Shown here piece by piece: positions 39,387 through 50,563 of a stretch of 64,000 nucleotides of DNA. Source of the stretch: Terriglobia bacterium. GTDB taxonomy: Bacteria; Acidobacteriota; Terriglobia; 20CM-2-55-15. The notes below the pieces were generated by a model that saw only the letters and a list, made by a program, of their open reading frames with translations, was not told where the DNA came from and searched no databases. The position numbers were made by a program, and so were the translations under genes. The stretch spans positions 32,001-96,000 of the forward strand of contig CBDCLE010000011.1 in assembly GCA_965218585.1 (NCBI GenBank), given 5' to 3'. Positions within the stretch are counted from its first letter, which is position 1, and each line of letters starts with the position of its first letter.

Positions 39387-40982
39387 ATGAAGCGCCTCGT
39401 CGCTGTACTCGGATTGCTGACCGCCGCCATGCTGGCCGTGAACGTGCCTGTCGCCGCACAGACGTTTCCGACCCACGACCCCGTCCTGCGGCAGATGTGG
39501 GAGGAGGGGATGGAGAGGTCTCAGACCTACCCTCTGGCTCAAGAGCTGTTCGACCTGGTCGGACCGCGTCTGACAGCCAGCCCCGGACACGAAGCGGGCA
39601 ACGACTGGCTCGTCGGCAAGTACGCGAGCTGGGGCATCGACGCCAAGAAGGAGCAGTACGGGACCTGGATGCGGTGGCAGCGTGGCCGTACACACGTCGA
39701 TCTGGTAGAGCCGCGCGTGCGCACGCTGGAAGCAACCCTGCTGGCCTGGAGTCCGGGCACCGAGGGGCAAACGATCCGTGGCGAAGTGGTGATCATTCCG
39801 GAGGTCGCCAGCCTCGCGGAGTTCGAGGCCTGGCTGCCGAGTGTCCAGGGGAAGTTCGTCGCCATCGCGTTCGCCCAGCCCACGTGCCGACCCGACGCCG
39901 ACTGGGAGCAGTGGGCGACCGAGGCGTCGTTCGATCAGATGCGGGAGGAGAGAAGCGCGGCGGAGCAGGCCTGGAAGGATTCGATGGCCCGGGCCGGACT
40001 CGAGATCACTGGGCGGGGCTCGGAGACGGCCATTGCCCGCCGTCTCGAGAGTGCGGGCGCGGCCGGTGTGATTGCGTCGCGCTGGTCAGGTGGCTGGGGT
40101 GCCCACCAGATGTTTGCTGCCGGCACCGAGCGGATCCCCGCGTTGACGGCTGGTTGTGAGGATTACGGGTTGCTTTATCGTCTTGCCGAGAATGGACAGC
40201 ATCCCGTGATCGAGGTCATGGCCGATTCCGAGTTCCTCGGCGAGGGTCCGGTGTTCAACACGATTGCCCGGATTCCGGGTACGGAGCTGCCGAACGAGTA
40301 CATCGTGCTCTCGGCGCACTTCGATTCGTGGGACGCGGCCTCAGGCGCGACGGACGATGGGACCGGCGCAATGACGATGCTCGAAGCCATGCGGATCTTG
40401 CAGGCGGCCTATCCCAACCCACGCCGCACGATCATCGCGGGACACTGGGGTGGAGAGGAGCAGGGCCTCAACGGCTCCCGAGGCTTTGCCGCCGACAATC
40501 CCGAGGTCGTGGAGAATCTCCAGGCTCTCTTCAATCAGGACAACGGAACGGGGCGGATCGTGAACGTGTCCTACCAGGGCCTGATCGGAGCATCCGGCTA
40601 TCTCTCGCGCTGGTTCTCCGGGCTTCCGGCCGAATTCTCCGCGGACGTGAAGTTCGACTTTCCAGGGATGCCCGGAAGTGGTGGCAGTGACTACGCTTCG
40701 TTCGTCTGCTACGGCGCGCCGTCGTTCAGCCTCAGGTCGCTCAACTGGAGCTACAGCCCCTACACCTGGCACACGAATCGCGACACCTTCGACAAGGTGA
40801 TATTCGCCGATCTCAAGCACAACGCCACTCTGTACGCGATGCTCGCATACATGGCATCGGAGGAGGAAGATCGCCTGCCACGAGACCGCCGGACCGAGTT
40901 TCCCGTGGACCCGGATACGGGTGAGGCAGGATCATGGCCGGAGTGCCAGCCAGCGCGTCGCAGCTGGTCAGAGCGCCAGTAG
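39387..40982 (+). CDS. Secreted M28 peptidase (carboxypeptidase Q-like)
   Basis: GPRLTASPG, SAHFDSWD, GATDDGTG, GEEQGLNGS, NQDNGTG, GSDYASF, WHTNRDTFD. Confidence 0.92.
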   Translation: MKRLVAVLGLLTAAMLAVNVPVAAQTFPTHDPVLRQMWEEGMERSQTYPLAQELFDLVGPRLTASPGHEAGNDWLVGKYASWGIDAKKEQYGTWMRWQRGRTHVDLVEPRVRTLEATLLAWSPGTEGQTIRGEVVIIPEVASLAEFEAWLPSVQGKFVAIAFAQPTCRPDADWEQWATEASFDQMREERSAAEQAWKDSMARAGLEITGRGSETAIARRLESAGAAGVIASRWSGGWGAHQMFAAGTERIPALTAGCEDYGLLYRLAENGQHPVIEVMADSEFLGEGPVFNTIARIPGTELPNEYIVLSAHFDSWDAASGATDDGTGAMTMLEAMRILQAAYPNPRRTIIAGHWGGEEQGLNGSRGFAADNPEVVENLQALFNQDNGTGRIVNVSYQGLIGASGYLSRWFSGLPAEFSADVKFDFPGMPGSGGSDYASFVCYGAPSFSLRSLNWSYSPYTWHTNRDTFDKVIFADLKHNATLYAMLAYMASEEEDRLPRDRRTEFPVDPDTGEAGSWPECQPARRSWSERQ

Positions 40983-41115
40983 CTCGCGAGACAAAAGCCA
41001 AGATGGCATACACTTCACCGCTCCTTTCATGTGAAGTGTTGCATCGACCGGTTGAGCCGGGGTGATTTATCGGGCGTTGAGAATCATTTTCATGGTCGTT
41101 TAGGGCAACAGCACT

Positions 41116-42069
41116 TTAGTTTGTAGTGGGAGCTGGAACCTCCCGCAGTGCCTCTGCGACAGGGTCATTCCCGAAGATTCCGTCCAACATAACGTTTGCG
41201 ACAATTGGACCTTCCTCCGTTAGCGTTATCCATGCAATATGATCGAAACCGCCGACGCCCGGTCCCGTAAGGTCGCTTCCTCCTCCCGTCGTCGCCAGTT
41301 CGTAGTACCAATTGCCGCTCACATTCGATCTCGAATACCTGGTGTGGTGATGACCTCCAAATACGTTTCGAGGTCGAGTGCCTAAAATCTCTTCAATTTC
41401 AGCCCAGTTCGAATCGTCACCGTACAGCCACATGGGCCGATGAAGGAACATCATCGTCCATCGAACGTCCTCGTTCGCGTCTATTGTCTCCTGAAGCCAG
41501 GCAAACTGCGCTTCTCCGATATGTCCGAACGGTGTCATCTCGAGTCCCGGCGGTCCCGCTGGGTCCTCGATACCTCCCGCAGGTCGATCCTCGCTGTTCA
41601 AGGCAACGAACAGCACGTCTTGATATCGGAAACTGTAGTAAGGTGAACCGAATTGTTCGCGCCATACTGTTTCCAGTAAAGACCCGGCAAGATCATGGTT
41701 GCCGCCTACGAAGAAGAAAGGCATGTCCAATTGATCGACCAATCCCCTGAACTCACCCCACTGGCTTTCGAGTAATTCTCGACTGGCAAGTTCACTGTTA
41801 TCCGTCCCGTCGATCAGGTCTCCCACCGAAATTACAAACGTCGGTTTCAGTAAGTTCAGCTTCTGAACAGCCGCGCCAAACACACCCGGACGAAGTCCTC
41901 CTGTACGATCACCTACGATGGCAAAGGAAAAGTCTGCCGGATCATCGTAAAACTCGAAGTGAGTCGATGCAGTCGTACCATCTTGTTCCTGGGCGGCGGC
42001 GGGCGGTTCAAACACCAGCTGCGAAGCAACCAGGCAAGTCAACAGAAACAAAGTCAATCGGCGAATCAT
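41116..42069 (-). CDS. Secreted calcineurin-like metallophosphoesterase
   Basis: GDRTGG, VGDLIDG, GNHD, FLHRP, FGGHHH; signal peptide. Confidence 0.9.
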   Translation of the reverse strand: MIRRLTLFLLTCLVASQLVFEPPAAAQEQDGTTASTHFEFYDDPADFSFAIVGDRTGGLRPGVFGAAVQKLNLLKPTFVISVGDLIDGTDNSELASRELLESQWGEFRGLVDQLDMPFFFVGGNHDLAGSLLETVWREQFGSPYYSFRYQDVLFVALNSEDRPAGGIEDPAGPPGLEMTPFGHIGEAQFAWLQETIDANEDVRWTMMFLHRPMWLYGDDSNWAEIEEILGTRPRNVFGGHHHTRYSRSNVSGNWYYELATTGGGSDLTGPGVGGFDHIAWITLTEEGPIVANVMLDGIFGNDPVAEALREVPAPTTN

Positions 42070-42137
42070 AAATGAACCTCCACAGGCGGGTGTCTTTCAA
42101 TGTTCAAGAAGATGCGGGCCGACTTGGATGTCGGTAC

Positions 42138-44580
42138 TCAATCCACCGGCACGCGCTCGCGCAGCTCTTCAAACCAGTTCAGGACAACCGAAATGTTGTT
42201 TCCTCCAGAGTAATCAGTTACCAGCTTTTTCATGAGGAATCTCCCGTCGATCGGTGACAGAGCGTAGGCGCGGGCCCCGACCGCGTTGGTCCGGTATCCT
42301 CTATTTGGAAAGAGTTCTATGCCCACTCCCAGCGTAAAGTCCGGTGCAAGCTGGACCGGGGCGGCCATCATGTCACCCGCCTGGTTCAGATAAAACAGGT
42401 CACGGCCGTCCGGTCCCCATAGCGGCTGTGCGCCGCCTGCGACTGATATCTTGATGCGTCGCTGGTTCGCTTCCGGAAACGGGCGCACCCAGACCTCCAT
42501 CTGACCTGTTTCGTTCGACTGATAGGCCATCCAGTTTCCGTCGGGAGATACTTCGGCGCCGAACTCATTGTATTCCGTCGCAAGCACCGGCGCGATCTCA
42601 CCAGTGGCGCCAACTGTGAGCCGAATGACGTCAAAGCCGGCGCCCGACCTCGCCTCTGCAATCATTAACCGTGAGCTGTCCGGAGTCAGGGAATTCGGCA
42701 TATGGACCCGGGGACTTTCAAAGACGAGTTCCGCTGGAGCCGCGCCATCAGCCGCCCTCGAAAATATGTTGAAAACGCCGTTCCTGTCAGACGAAAAAAA
42801 GATACGTTGACTGTCCCGGCTCCAAACCGCAAACAGGTCCTCTGTCGGATGATCGGTCAGACGTGTCATGTTCTCGCGCTCGAAATCCCAGATGTAGATA
42901 TCTCGGTTGCGGCCACCGACATCGACAGCCACACGAGTCCCATCGGGCGAAATCCGGGGATAGACGTAGGGCCGCGCCGGTGCTCCCACCTCTTCCTCGC
43001 GGCCCTCGCGGTCGACCCAGACAAAACTGGAGGTCCCTTCGGGCTCCGTTGGCACGTAGGCGAGTGTTCCGGTCGCCGAAATGTCGAATTCCGCTCTTCC
43101 ATCCCGAGCCGAGGCAAGCGCTTCAACTCCCATTGTCATCGGCGCCCCCGCGACCTCTAACGAGCCGATGTCGAACGGCACCGCCTGCAGTCGTCCCTCA
43201 TCCGCGTAGATCAGATGCCCGCTTGCGGCGTACTGGGCAGCGCTCCCGCCTCGCAGGAGGGTTCTAATTTCGAGCGTCTCCAGGTCGATGACAGCGATAT
43301 TGAAACCCGCACCCGGTTCCTCCGGGACGATCGTGAACAGAGCGGCGCGGTCTCCGGGAAGGATTTCAGGCCACGCGTAGAAAAGCTCACCTCGTTCCGG
43401 ACCCGGACGAACAAGCAGCTCCGGCTCTCCACCTTCAGCAGGAACCCGAAACAGGCCCACGTTGTTTGCGAAAACGATCGTGTCATCAGCACCCCAGCTC
43501 CCACCGAGCTCCCTGACAGGAACAGAGGTGACAAGACTCGGGCTTCCTCCACCGACGGGCACCCGCATCAGATTTCCGGACACCCCGCTGAAGAAAGCGA
43601 CCCACTGGCTGTCCGCTGAAAAGAACGGACTGGCTCCAGTGCTCAGTGACACCGTGTCCGAGCGTTCCAGGGAGCGGATCACGAGTGAAGCGTTCGTTGA
43701 ATACGCGATGTGTGCGCCGTCGGGTGAAATGGCGGTCAAGCGCATCAGGGCGTTGGATCTCAGCGGCGCGATCGGAGTGACGTCCAGGCGCACAACTTGA
43801 CGTGACGCATCTGGACCGGAACGAGTCGTCACCAACCACCCGACCAACGCGGCGACACAAACGATTCCACCGATGGCTGCCCACATGAACTTCAGGCGCG
43901 CGCTTGCGGCGCCCGGGCCCGGCGTTCGGCCGGCGACGTCCAGCGTGGGTCGTGCCAACGCATCCCGGACATCGATTCGCGCATCACCGATGTGCTGAAG
44001 CCGATCTCTGGTATTTTTTTCCAGACACCGGACGACCAGACGCCGGATCAGCGGAGACAGGGCGGGGAGCGCGGCCAGATCCGGATCACTCTCGAGCACC
44101 TTGGCCAGAGTTTCGTTCAGCGTTGGGCGGGCGAATGCCTTTCGTCCTGTCAGCATCTCGAAAAAGACGCAACCGAACGCCCAGATGTCGGCCCTCCTGT
44201 TGGCCGTCTCTCCCCGGGCCTGCTCAGGCGACATGTACGCTGCCGTCCCAAAAATCGTGCCCGGCTTCGTCGCCAATGCACTCAACGTCGGAACGTTCGA
44301 CAGGGAATCACGCTCATCAGCGGCAAATGCCTTCGCCAAACCAAAGTCGAGCACCTTCACCTTTCCATCAGGCGTAACTTTGATGTTCGACGGTTTCAGA
44401 TCACGGTGGATGACACCTTTGTCATGGGCCGCTTCTAACGCCTCGGCGATTTGGAGGGCCAGCTTGAGTGATTCCTCCACGGGAATAGCACCACTCTTTA
44501 ACCGATCAGCGAGCGTGTTCCCTTCGACGAGTTCCAAAACAAGGAAGTGCGTTCCGTTGTCTTCTTCAAACCCGTGAATG
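42138..44580 (-). pseudogene. Ser/Thr protein kinase + TM + PD40/TolB-like propeller, C-terminal part (split by IS3)
   Basis: HRDLKPSN, DFGLAK, GTAAYMSPEQ; SPDG repeats; VVLNWFEELRERVP end. Confidence 0.92.
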
Positions 44581-44634
44581 TGAACCGCCCCGGGTTTTCC
44601 GGAGACTCCATTTCTTGAGAGGATGGGAGTCATC

Positions 44635-45863
<1,229 letters not shown>

Positions 45864-45893
45864 AACGGTCTCCGGGATTCCCGGGGCGGTTCA

Positions 45894-46111
45894 ATGACTG
45901 CAATGTTGGGATGGTTCAGAGAAGCGAGTAGTTTGGCTTCACGTTCAAACCGTGCAAGACGATCCGCGTCTTTCGCATACTCTTCCGGCAGCGTCTTAAT
46001 AGCGACTTCACGGCCAAGTTTCGTATCACGGGCTCGCCACACTTCTCCCATGCCACCCTTACCGAGGAGTGTGCTGATCTCATAATGGCCGAGTTTGGTG
46101 CCGGATTCCAT
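45894..46111 (-). pseudogene. N-terminal part of the IS3-split kinase
   Basis: LGKGGMGEVWRA, VAIK, RFEREA, LNHPNIAVI; rejoins HGFEE in frame. Confidence 0.92.
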
Positions 46112-46126
46112 CGTTTTGGCAGTGTT

Positions 46127-46149
46127 GTGCGGTCATAGACCGCACCTAC
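46127..46149 (-). repeat. GTAG-type REP element
   Basis: Identical to 2737-2759. Confidence 0.8.
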
Positions 46150-46349
46150 AGTAAATTTGGCTAAACGATACAAGAGGTGAGGGTTATTGGCAAGAAAAGG
46201 GTCAAGTCCTCGCAAACGATCTTCTCGGACGCTGAGAATTACTTTTTGTTCGTTCCCCGCAGCCTCACTGCCAACCCGGCGATAACCCCAGTAGTATCAG
46301 CAGAAAACAAGAGCGCCTGTATAATAACTAATTTTTGAGGGGAGGACCG

Positions 46350-47147
46350 ATGACGGGCACCAAGTTTGAAGAGCTTGTCCAGATCATGGCTAGGTTGAGG
46401 GGGCCCGATGGATGCCCGTGGGACAAGGAACAGGACTTCAGGTCTCTGAAGCCGATGCTCGTCGAGGAGGTCTACGAAGTCCTCGAAGCCATCGATAGAG
46501 AGGATCACCACGGATTGGCCGAAGAACTGGGAGATCTCCTTCTGCATGTTGTCTTCCATGCCCGCCTCGGGGAAGAGCTGGGCGAATTTGGGATCGACGA
46601 TGTAATCGACGGCATCTCGGAAAAACTCATCCGCCGGCACCCTCACGTATTCGGCGAGGAAAAAGCGTCCTCGGCCAGTGACGTTGTCGACAACTGGGAG
46701 GCAATCAAGAGCCAGGAGAAAGCAGACGGAGGAGAGGCTCCTCCGAATGTGCTCGACGGCATTCCCAGAAAACTTCCCGCGTTACACGAGGCACACAAGA
46801 TTTCCTCTCGTGTGGCTCGCGTCGGTTTCGATTGGCCAAAGATCGACGCCGTCTTCGAAAAGCTTCAGGAAGAGATTCCCGAGTTGCGCGAAGCGATCGC
46901 GGAGTCGGGGAGCCGGACTCATCGCGACGAAATCGAAAGCGAGCTCGGAGACATGTTCTTTGTCCTGGTCAACATCGCGCGTTTCCTGGAAATCGACAGC
47001 GAGTCTGCACTCAAGAGCGCGAACCGGAAGTTCCGGTCTCGCTTTGATTACGTGGAACAGGAACTACTCCGTGCCGGCAAACCGAGTTCCGAATGGACCC
47101 TTGAGGAAATGGAATCGCTTTGGCAAGAGGCGAAGAAGAAGGTGTGA
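46350..47147 (+). CDS. mazG: Nucleoside triphosphate pyrophosphohydrolase MazG
   Basis: LRGPDGCPWD, EEVYEV, EELGDLL, RRHPHVF, GFDW, ELGD, ANRKF..RF. Confidence 0.95.
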   Translation: MTGTKFEELVQIMARLRGPDGCPWDKEQDFRSLKPMLVEEVYEVLEAIDREDHHGLAEELGDLLLHVVFHARLGEELGEFGIDDVIDGISEKLIRRHPHVFGEEKASSASDVVDNWEAIKSQEKADGGEAPPNVLDGIPRKLPALHEAHKISSRVARVGFDWPKIDAVFEKLQEEIPELREAIAESGSRTHRDEIESELGDMFFVLVNIARFLEIDSESALKSANRKFRSRFDYVEQELLRAGKPSSEWTLEEMESLWQEAKKKV

Positions 47148-48463
47148 GCCGTGCCAAAGCAATTCGCGCAGATTGGATCTGTCCGGTTTCAACCCCGCCG
47201 GTCAAAGATGGAGTCATTCTGATCGAAGATGGGCGGATCGTTGAAATCGGACAGGGGGCTCCCGACGGTGTGCCTGTCGAGTTCTTCGACGGTTGCGCGA
47301 TTATCCCCGGTTTCGTCAACACGCACGTCCACCTCGAGTTTACCGTTCTTCGGGGATTTCTTGAGAACCTTCCGTTTTTCGAATGGATCCGCGCTCTGAC
47401 GCGAACCAAGTACAAACACTTAACATCGGAAGATCTTCTGTGTTCGGCGCGACTCGGCGCGATCGAGTGTCTTGAAGCCGGCGTGACTGCCGTTGGCGAA
47501 GTGACGGATCTGGGAGCTGGCTGGTCGGCAATGAACGAATTCGGCTTGCGGGGAGTTGCCTATCAAGAAGTCTTCGGCCCGTCTGAAGACGTGGCACCGG
47601 ACGCCCTGAGGGCGTTGATCGATAAAGTGGACGCGATGCGCGGGAACGAGTCACCCACCTGCCGGGTCGGAGTGTCTCCTCATGCGCCCTACTCGGTTTC
47701 GGCAAACTTGTACCGCGAGGTCTGTGGGTATGCGGACAAGGCGAACCTCCCGATCGCAGTCCATCTGGCGGAGTCATCCGAGGAAGGGAATTTCGTTCGA
47801 GACGGGACCGGGCCCTTCGCCGAATTCTTGAAAGGTCGCGATATCCCTGTCACTGCTTACGGAATCACGCCTATCGCCTATCTCGACAGTTTGGGAATTC
47901 TTCGCCCACAGACCCTGGCTATCCACACCATCGACTGTGATGCCCAGGATGTAGAACTTCTCAAAAAGTCTGGGACTGCCATCGCTCACTGCCCGAAATC
48001 GAACCTGAAGCTGGGGCATGGAATCGCACCGGTCAGCGAGTTTCTGGAGGCTCGAATCGAGGTCGGTCTCGGCACCGACAGCGTCGCAAGCAACAACGTC
48101 GTCGACATGTTCGAGGAAATGCGCACCGCGGCCTTTCTTCAGAGAACCCGATCGGAAAGCTCTACGGCGATTACCGCGACTGAGGCGCTCGGTATGGCAA
48201 CGCTCGGCGGGGCTCGTGCGCTCGGCTTGGGAAAATATCTCGGCAGCATCGAAACAGGCAAACTGGCCGACCTTGCGGTTGTCGATCTGGGAGACGTCGC
48301 ACTCCAACCTGTTTACGATCCCGTCGAGACGATGGTGTACTCTGCGAGCCGGAAAAGCGTTTTAGCTACTTTTTTGGGCGGGGAACGGGTGAGGGTCGAT
48401 TCTTCCGCGCTTCTCTCCGAAGCAAAGGAAATCGCCGACCGTCTCCAATTAGCTGAACTCTGA
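47144..48463 (+). CDS. Amidohydrolase/deaminase (MtaD-like)
   Basis: PGFVNTHVH, SPHAPYS, HLAES, HCPKSNLKL, GTDSVASNN, GKLAD. Confidence 0.85.
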   Translation: MSRAKAIRADWICPVSTPPVKDGVILIEDGRIVEIGQGAPDGVPVEFFDGCAIIPGFVNTHVHLEFTVLRGFLENLPFFEWIRALTRTKYKHLTSEDLLCSARLGAIECLEAGVTAVGEVTDLGAGWSAMNEFGLRGVAYQEVFGPSEDVAPDALRALIDKVDAMRGNESPTCRVGVSPHAPYSVSANLYREVCGYADKANLPIAVHLAESSEEGNFVRDGTGPFAEFLKGRDIPVTAYGITPIAYLDSLGILRPQTLAIHTIDCDAQDVELLKKSGTAIAHCPKSNLKLGHGIAPVSEFLEARIEVGLGTDSVASNNVVDMFEEMRTAAFLQRTRSESSTAITATEALGMATLGGARALGLGKYLGSIETGKLADLAVVDLGDVALQPVYDPVETMVYSASRKSVLATFLGGERVRVDSSALLSEAKEIADRLQLAEL

Positions 48464-48476
48464 CGACTCCAGAGGC

Positions 48477-49070
48477 TCAGACTTTTCGCAAGAGGTGGCC
48501 GAGCTTGTCTTTTTTCGTCCGCAGATAATGTTCGGTGGTGTTGGAGGGCGGAATCTCGATGGGGACACGTTCAATCTCGTCGATACCGGCTTCTTCAAGA
48601 GCAGCAAGCTTTTGCGGGTTATTCGACATGAGCCGGACTCGCCGGACAGCAAACTCATTCAGAACTGCCCCGCACAGTGTATAGGTTCGCTGATCGGCTT
48701 CGAATCCGAGCTGATGATTGGCCTCAACGGTATCGTGACCGGAATCCTGAAGTTCGTAAGCCAGCAGCTTGTTCATGAGACCGATACCGCGGCCTTCGGC
48801 TAACTGATAGATCAGGATGCCCTCGCCTTCTTCGGATATCTTTTGAAGGGCGAGTTCCAACTGATCGCCGCAGTCGCAACGGGACGAAGAAAAAGTCTCT
48901 CCGGTAAGACACTGGGAGTGAATCCGCACCAGCGCAGACGGCTCATTCCAGGGAGTGCCCATCACCAGAGCGATGATGCTCTCGTTGCCGGACTTTTCCT
49001 CGAAACTGAAAATCCGGAAAGTCCCGAACTTCGTAGGAAGCGCGGCCTCGGCCACTTTGCGAATATCCAT
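48477..49070 (-). CDS. ribA: GTP cyclohydrolase II
   Basis: RIHSQCLTG, RCDCG.QL, EGRGIGL.NK..AY.LQD, SNNPQK, YLRTKKDKLGH. Confidence 0.95.
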   Translation of the reverse strand: MDIRKVAEAALPTKFGTFRIFSFEEKSGNESIIALVMGTPWNEPSALVRIHSQCLTGETFSSSRCDCGDQLELALQKISEEGEGILIYQLAEGRGIGLMNKLLAYELQDSGHDTVEANHQLGFEADQRTYTLCGAVLNEFAVRRVRLMSNNPQKLAALEEAGIDEIERVPIEIPPSNTTEHYLRTKKDKLGHLLRKV

Positions 49071-49112
49071 ACGCAGGCAATTCTAACACGTTGTAGAGGG
49101 TCGTTTTAGAGC

Positions 49113-49697
49113 TCAGTTGGCTGTGGGACTGACGACGATGTCGTCGGGACTGCCCACCACGCGGTCGGGCCCGGAAGACCTGAGGCTGTAACTCCCATCG
49201 CCGGATTCATAACCAATAGGGCTACCCCATGCATCGTCCCGAATCAATTCCGATATGAACAAGGGATGCAAGATGTCCGATAGGTAGCCATCCGGGCTGA
49301 TTTCCGGAAGGGCCCCGTTTTCGTCTCGATATGCATTCACCCCAAACGCGAGTTGTTGCATTGCGACGGTGGTCTGTTCGTTGTTCTGCGCTTCCAGAGC
49401 CCTGAGGAACATACCGACATCGACCCACTGCCGATCACCCAGGCGGGCTGAAACGATCATCCAGTCTCCGTCCGGTCCCCTCTCGAACTGGAACGCCATC
49501 TTGACGCTCGTTTCGGCAATCATCCGGTCTCCGCTCTCGGTGACAATCCTTTCGATAGCAACGTCGGAAGGAACCAGCTCGGAGTCTCCAAGGCTTGCAA
49601 TCTGAGACCTCGCGTTGCGCGCTGACAGGCCCGAACCACAGCCGCTCGGTGCGACCAGGAGAAGGAGTCCCAGTGCCGACAAAACCGCGTATCTCAT
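49113..49697 (-). CDS. Lipoprotein with C-terminal T2SS GspG-like domain
   Basis: Lipobox-like ...APSGC; DAWGSPIGY...YSLRSSGPD...SPDDI. Confidence 0.65.
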   Translation of the reverse strand: MRYAVLSALGLLLLVAPSGCGSGLSARNARSQIASLGDSELVPSDVAIERIVTESGDRMIAETSVKMAFQFERGPDGDWMIVSARLGDRQWVDVGMFLRALEAQNNEQTTVAMQQLAFGVNAYRDENGALPEISPDGYLSDILHPLFISELIRDDAWGSPIGYESGDGSYSLRSSGPDRVVGSPDDIVVSPTAN

Positions 49698-49833
49698 AGG
49701 GAATATGAGTCTATCACGTTGTGATATGATCCAATCCAATTCGAGAGTAGCGTATTCGATGGCTGCGGCGAATGCGCTTTTTGTCGTCACATCCAGACTG
49801 TTTTCAGCATCTACTCAAATAGCGGGGGATCGA

Positions 49834-50529
49834 GTGCGGGTCAACGTTCTTTTCTTTGCGTCGCTGAAAGATATTGTCGGATCGCGGGATCTTACCCTTG
49901 ATGTCAGCCTCAACTCGACAGTGGCGGAGGTTCTCGAACAACTCGAATCGAACCATCCCGGCCTGAAACCGTATAGGCCAATCCTCCTGACAGCCGTAAA
50001 CGAAGAATACGTAGAACAAACCCACACGGTCGAGGAGGGAGACGAAATCGCCGTTTTCCCCCCTGTAAGTGGAGGAGAAGTGTCCGGCCATTCTTTGAGA
50101 CGAAACCGCCCCCATGAGTTTTACGAAATCACGCAGGAACCGATCGATTCGGTAAAGATTTCCCGAGAACTGCTGCAAGACGAGGACGGGGCGATCTGTG
50201 TATTCGAAGGCGTCGTTCGAAATCATTCGAAAGGGAAGGCGACCCGATACCTGATCTACGAAGCCTACGAAGGAATGGCCCTGAAAAAATGCGAAGAAAT
50301 CGGCCAACTTGTCCGCAAGACATGGGAAATCGATTCCATCGGCATTGTCCATCGTCTGGGTCGACTCGAGATTGGTGAAGCTTCGGTGGCGGTCATCGTA
50401 ACGTCACCTCATCGTCGTGCTGCATTTGATGCCTGTCACTACGCAATTGACCGACTGAAGAAGATCGTCCCTATCTGGAAGAAGGAATATTTCGAAGACG
50501 GGGAAGTCTGGGTCGAGGGACAGAATTAA
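49834..50529 (+). CDS. moaE: Fused molybdopterin synthase MoaD-MoaE
   Basis: VLFFASLKD...AVNEEY...PPVSGG followed by FEGVVRN, YEAY..MA, HRLGRL, PIWKKE. Confidence 0.92.
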   Translation: MRVNVLFFASLKDIVGSRDLTLDVSLNSTVAEVLEQLESNHPGLKPYRPILLTAVNEEYVEQTHTVEEGDEIAVFPPVSGGEVSGHSLRRNRPHEFYEITQEPIDSVKISRELLQDEDGAICVFEGVVRNHSKGKATRYLIYEAYEGMALKKCEEIGQLVRKTWEIDSIGIVHRLGRLEIGEASVAVIVTSPHRRAAFDACHYAIDRLKKIVPIWKKEYFEDGEVWVEGQN

Positions 50530-50532
50530 ATT

Positions 50533-50563
50533 GGGGACAGTGAGCAATTTCGGAGCGCTCACT
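50533..50563. repeat. Truncated GGGGACAGTGAGC palindrome
   Basis: 19 bp identical to an arm of the 62357-62438 palindrome; right arm (GCTCACT...) cut at the IS701 end. Confidence 0.65.
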
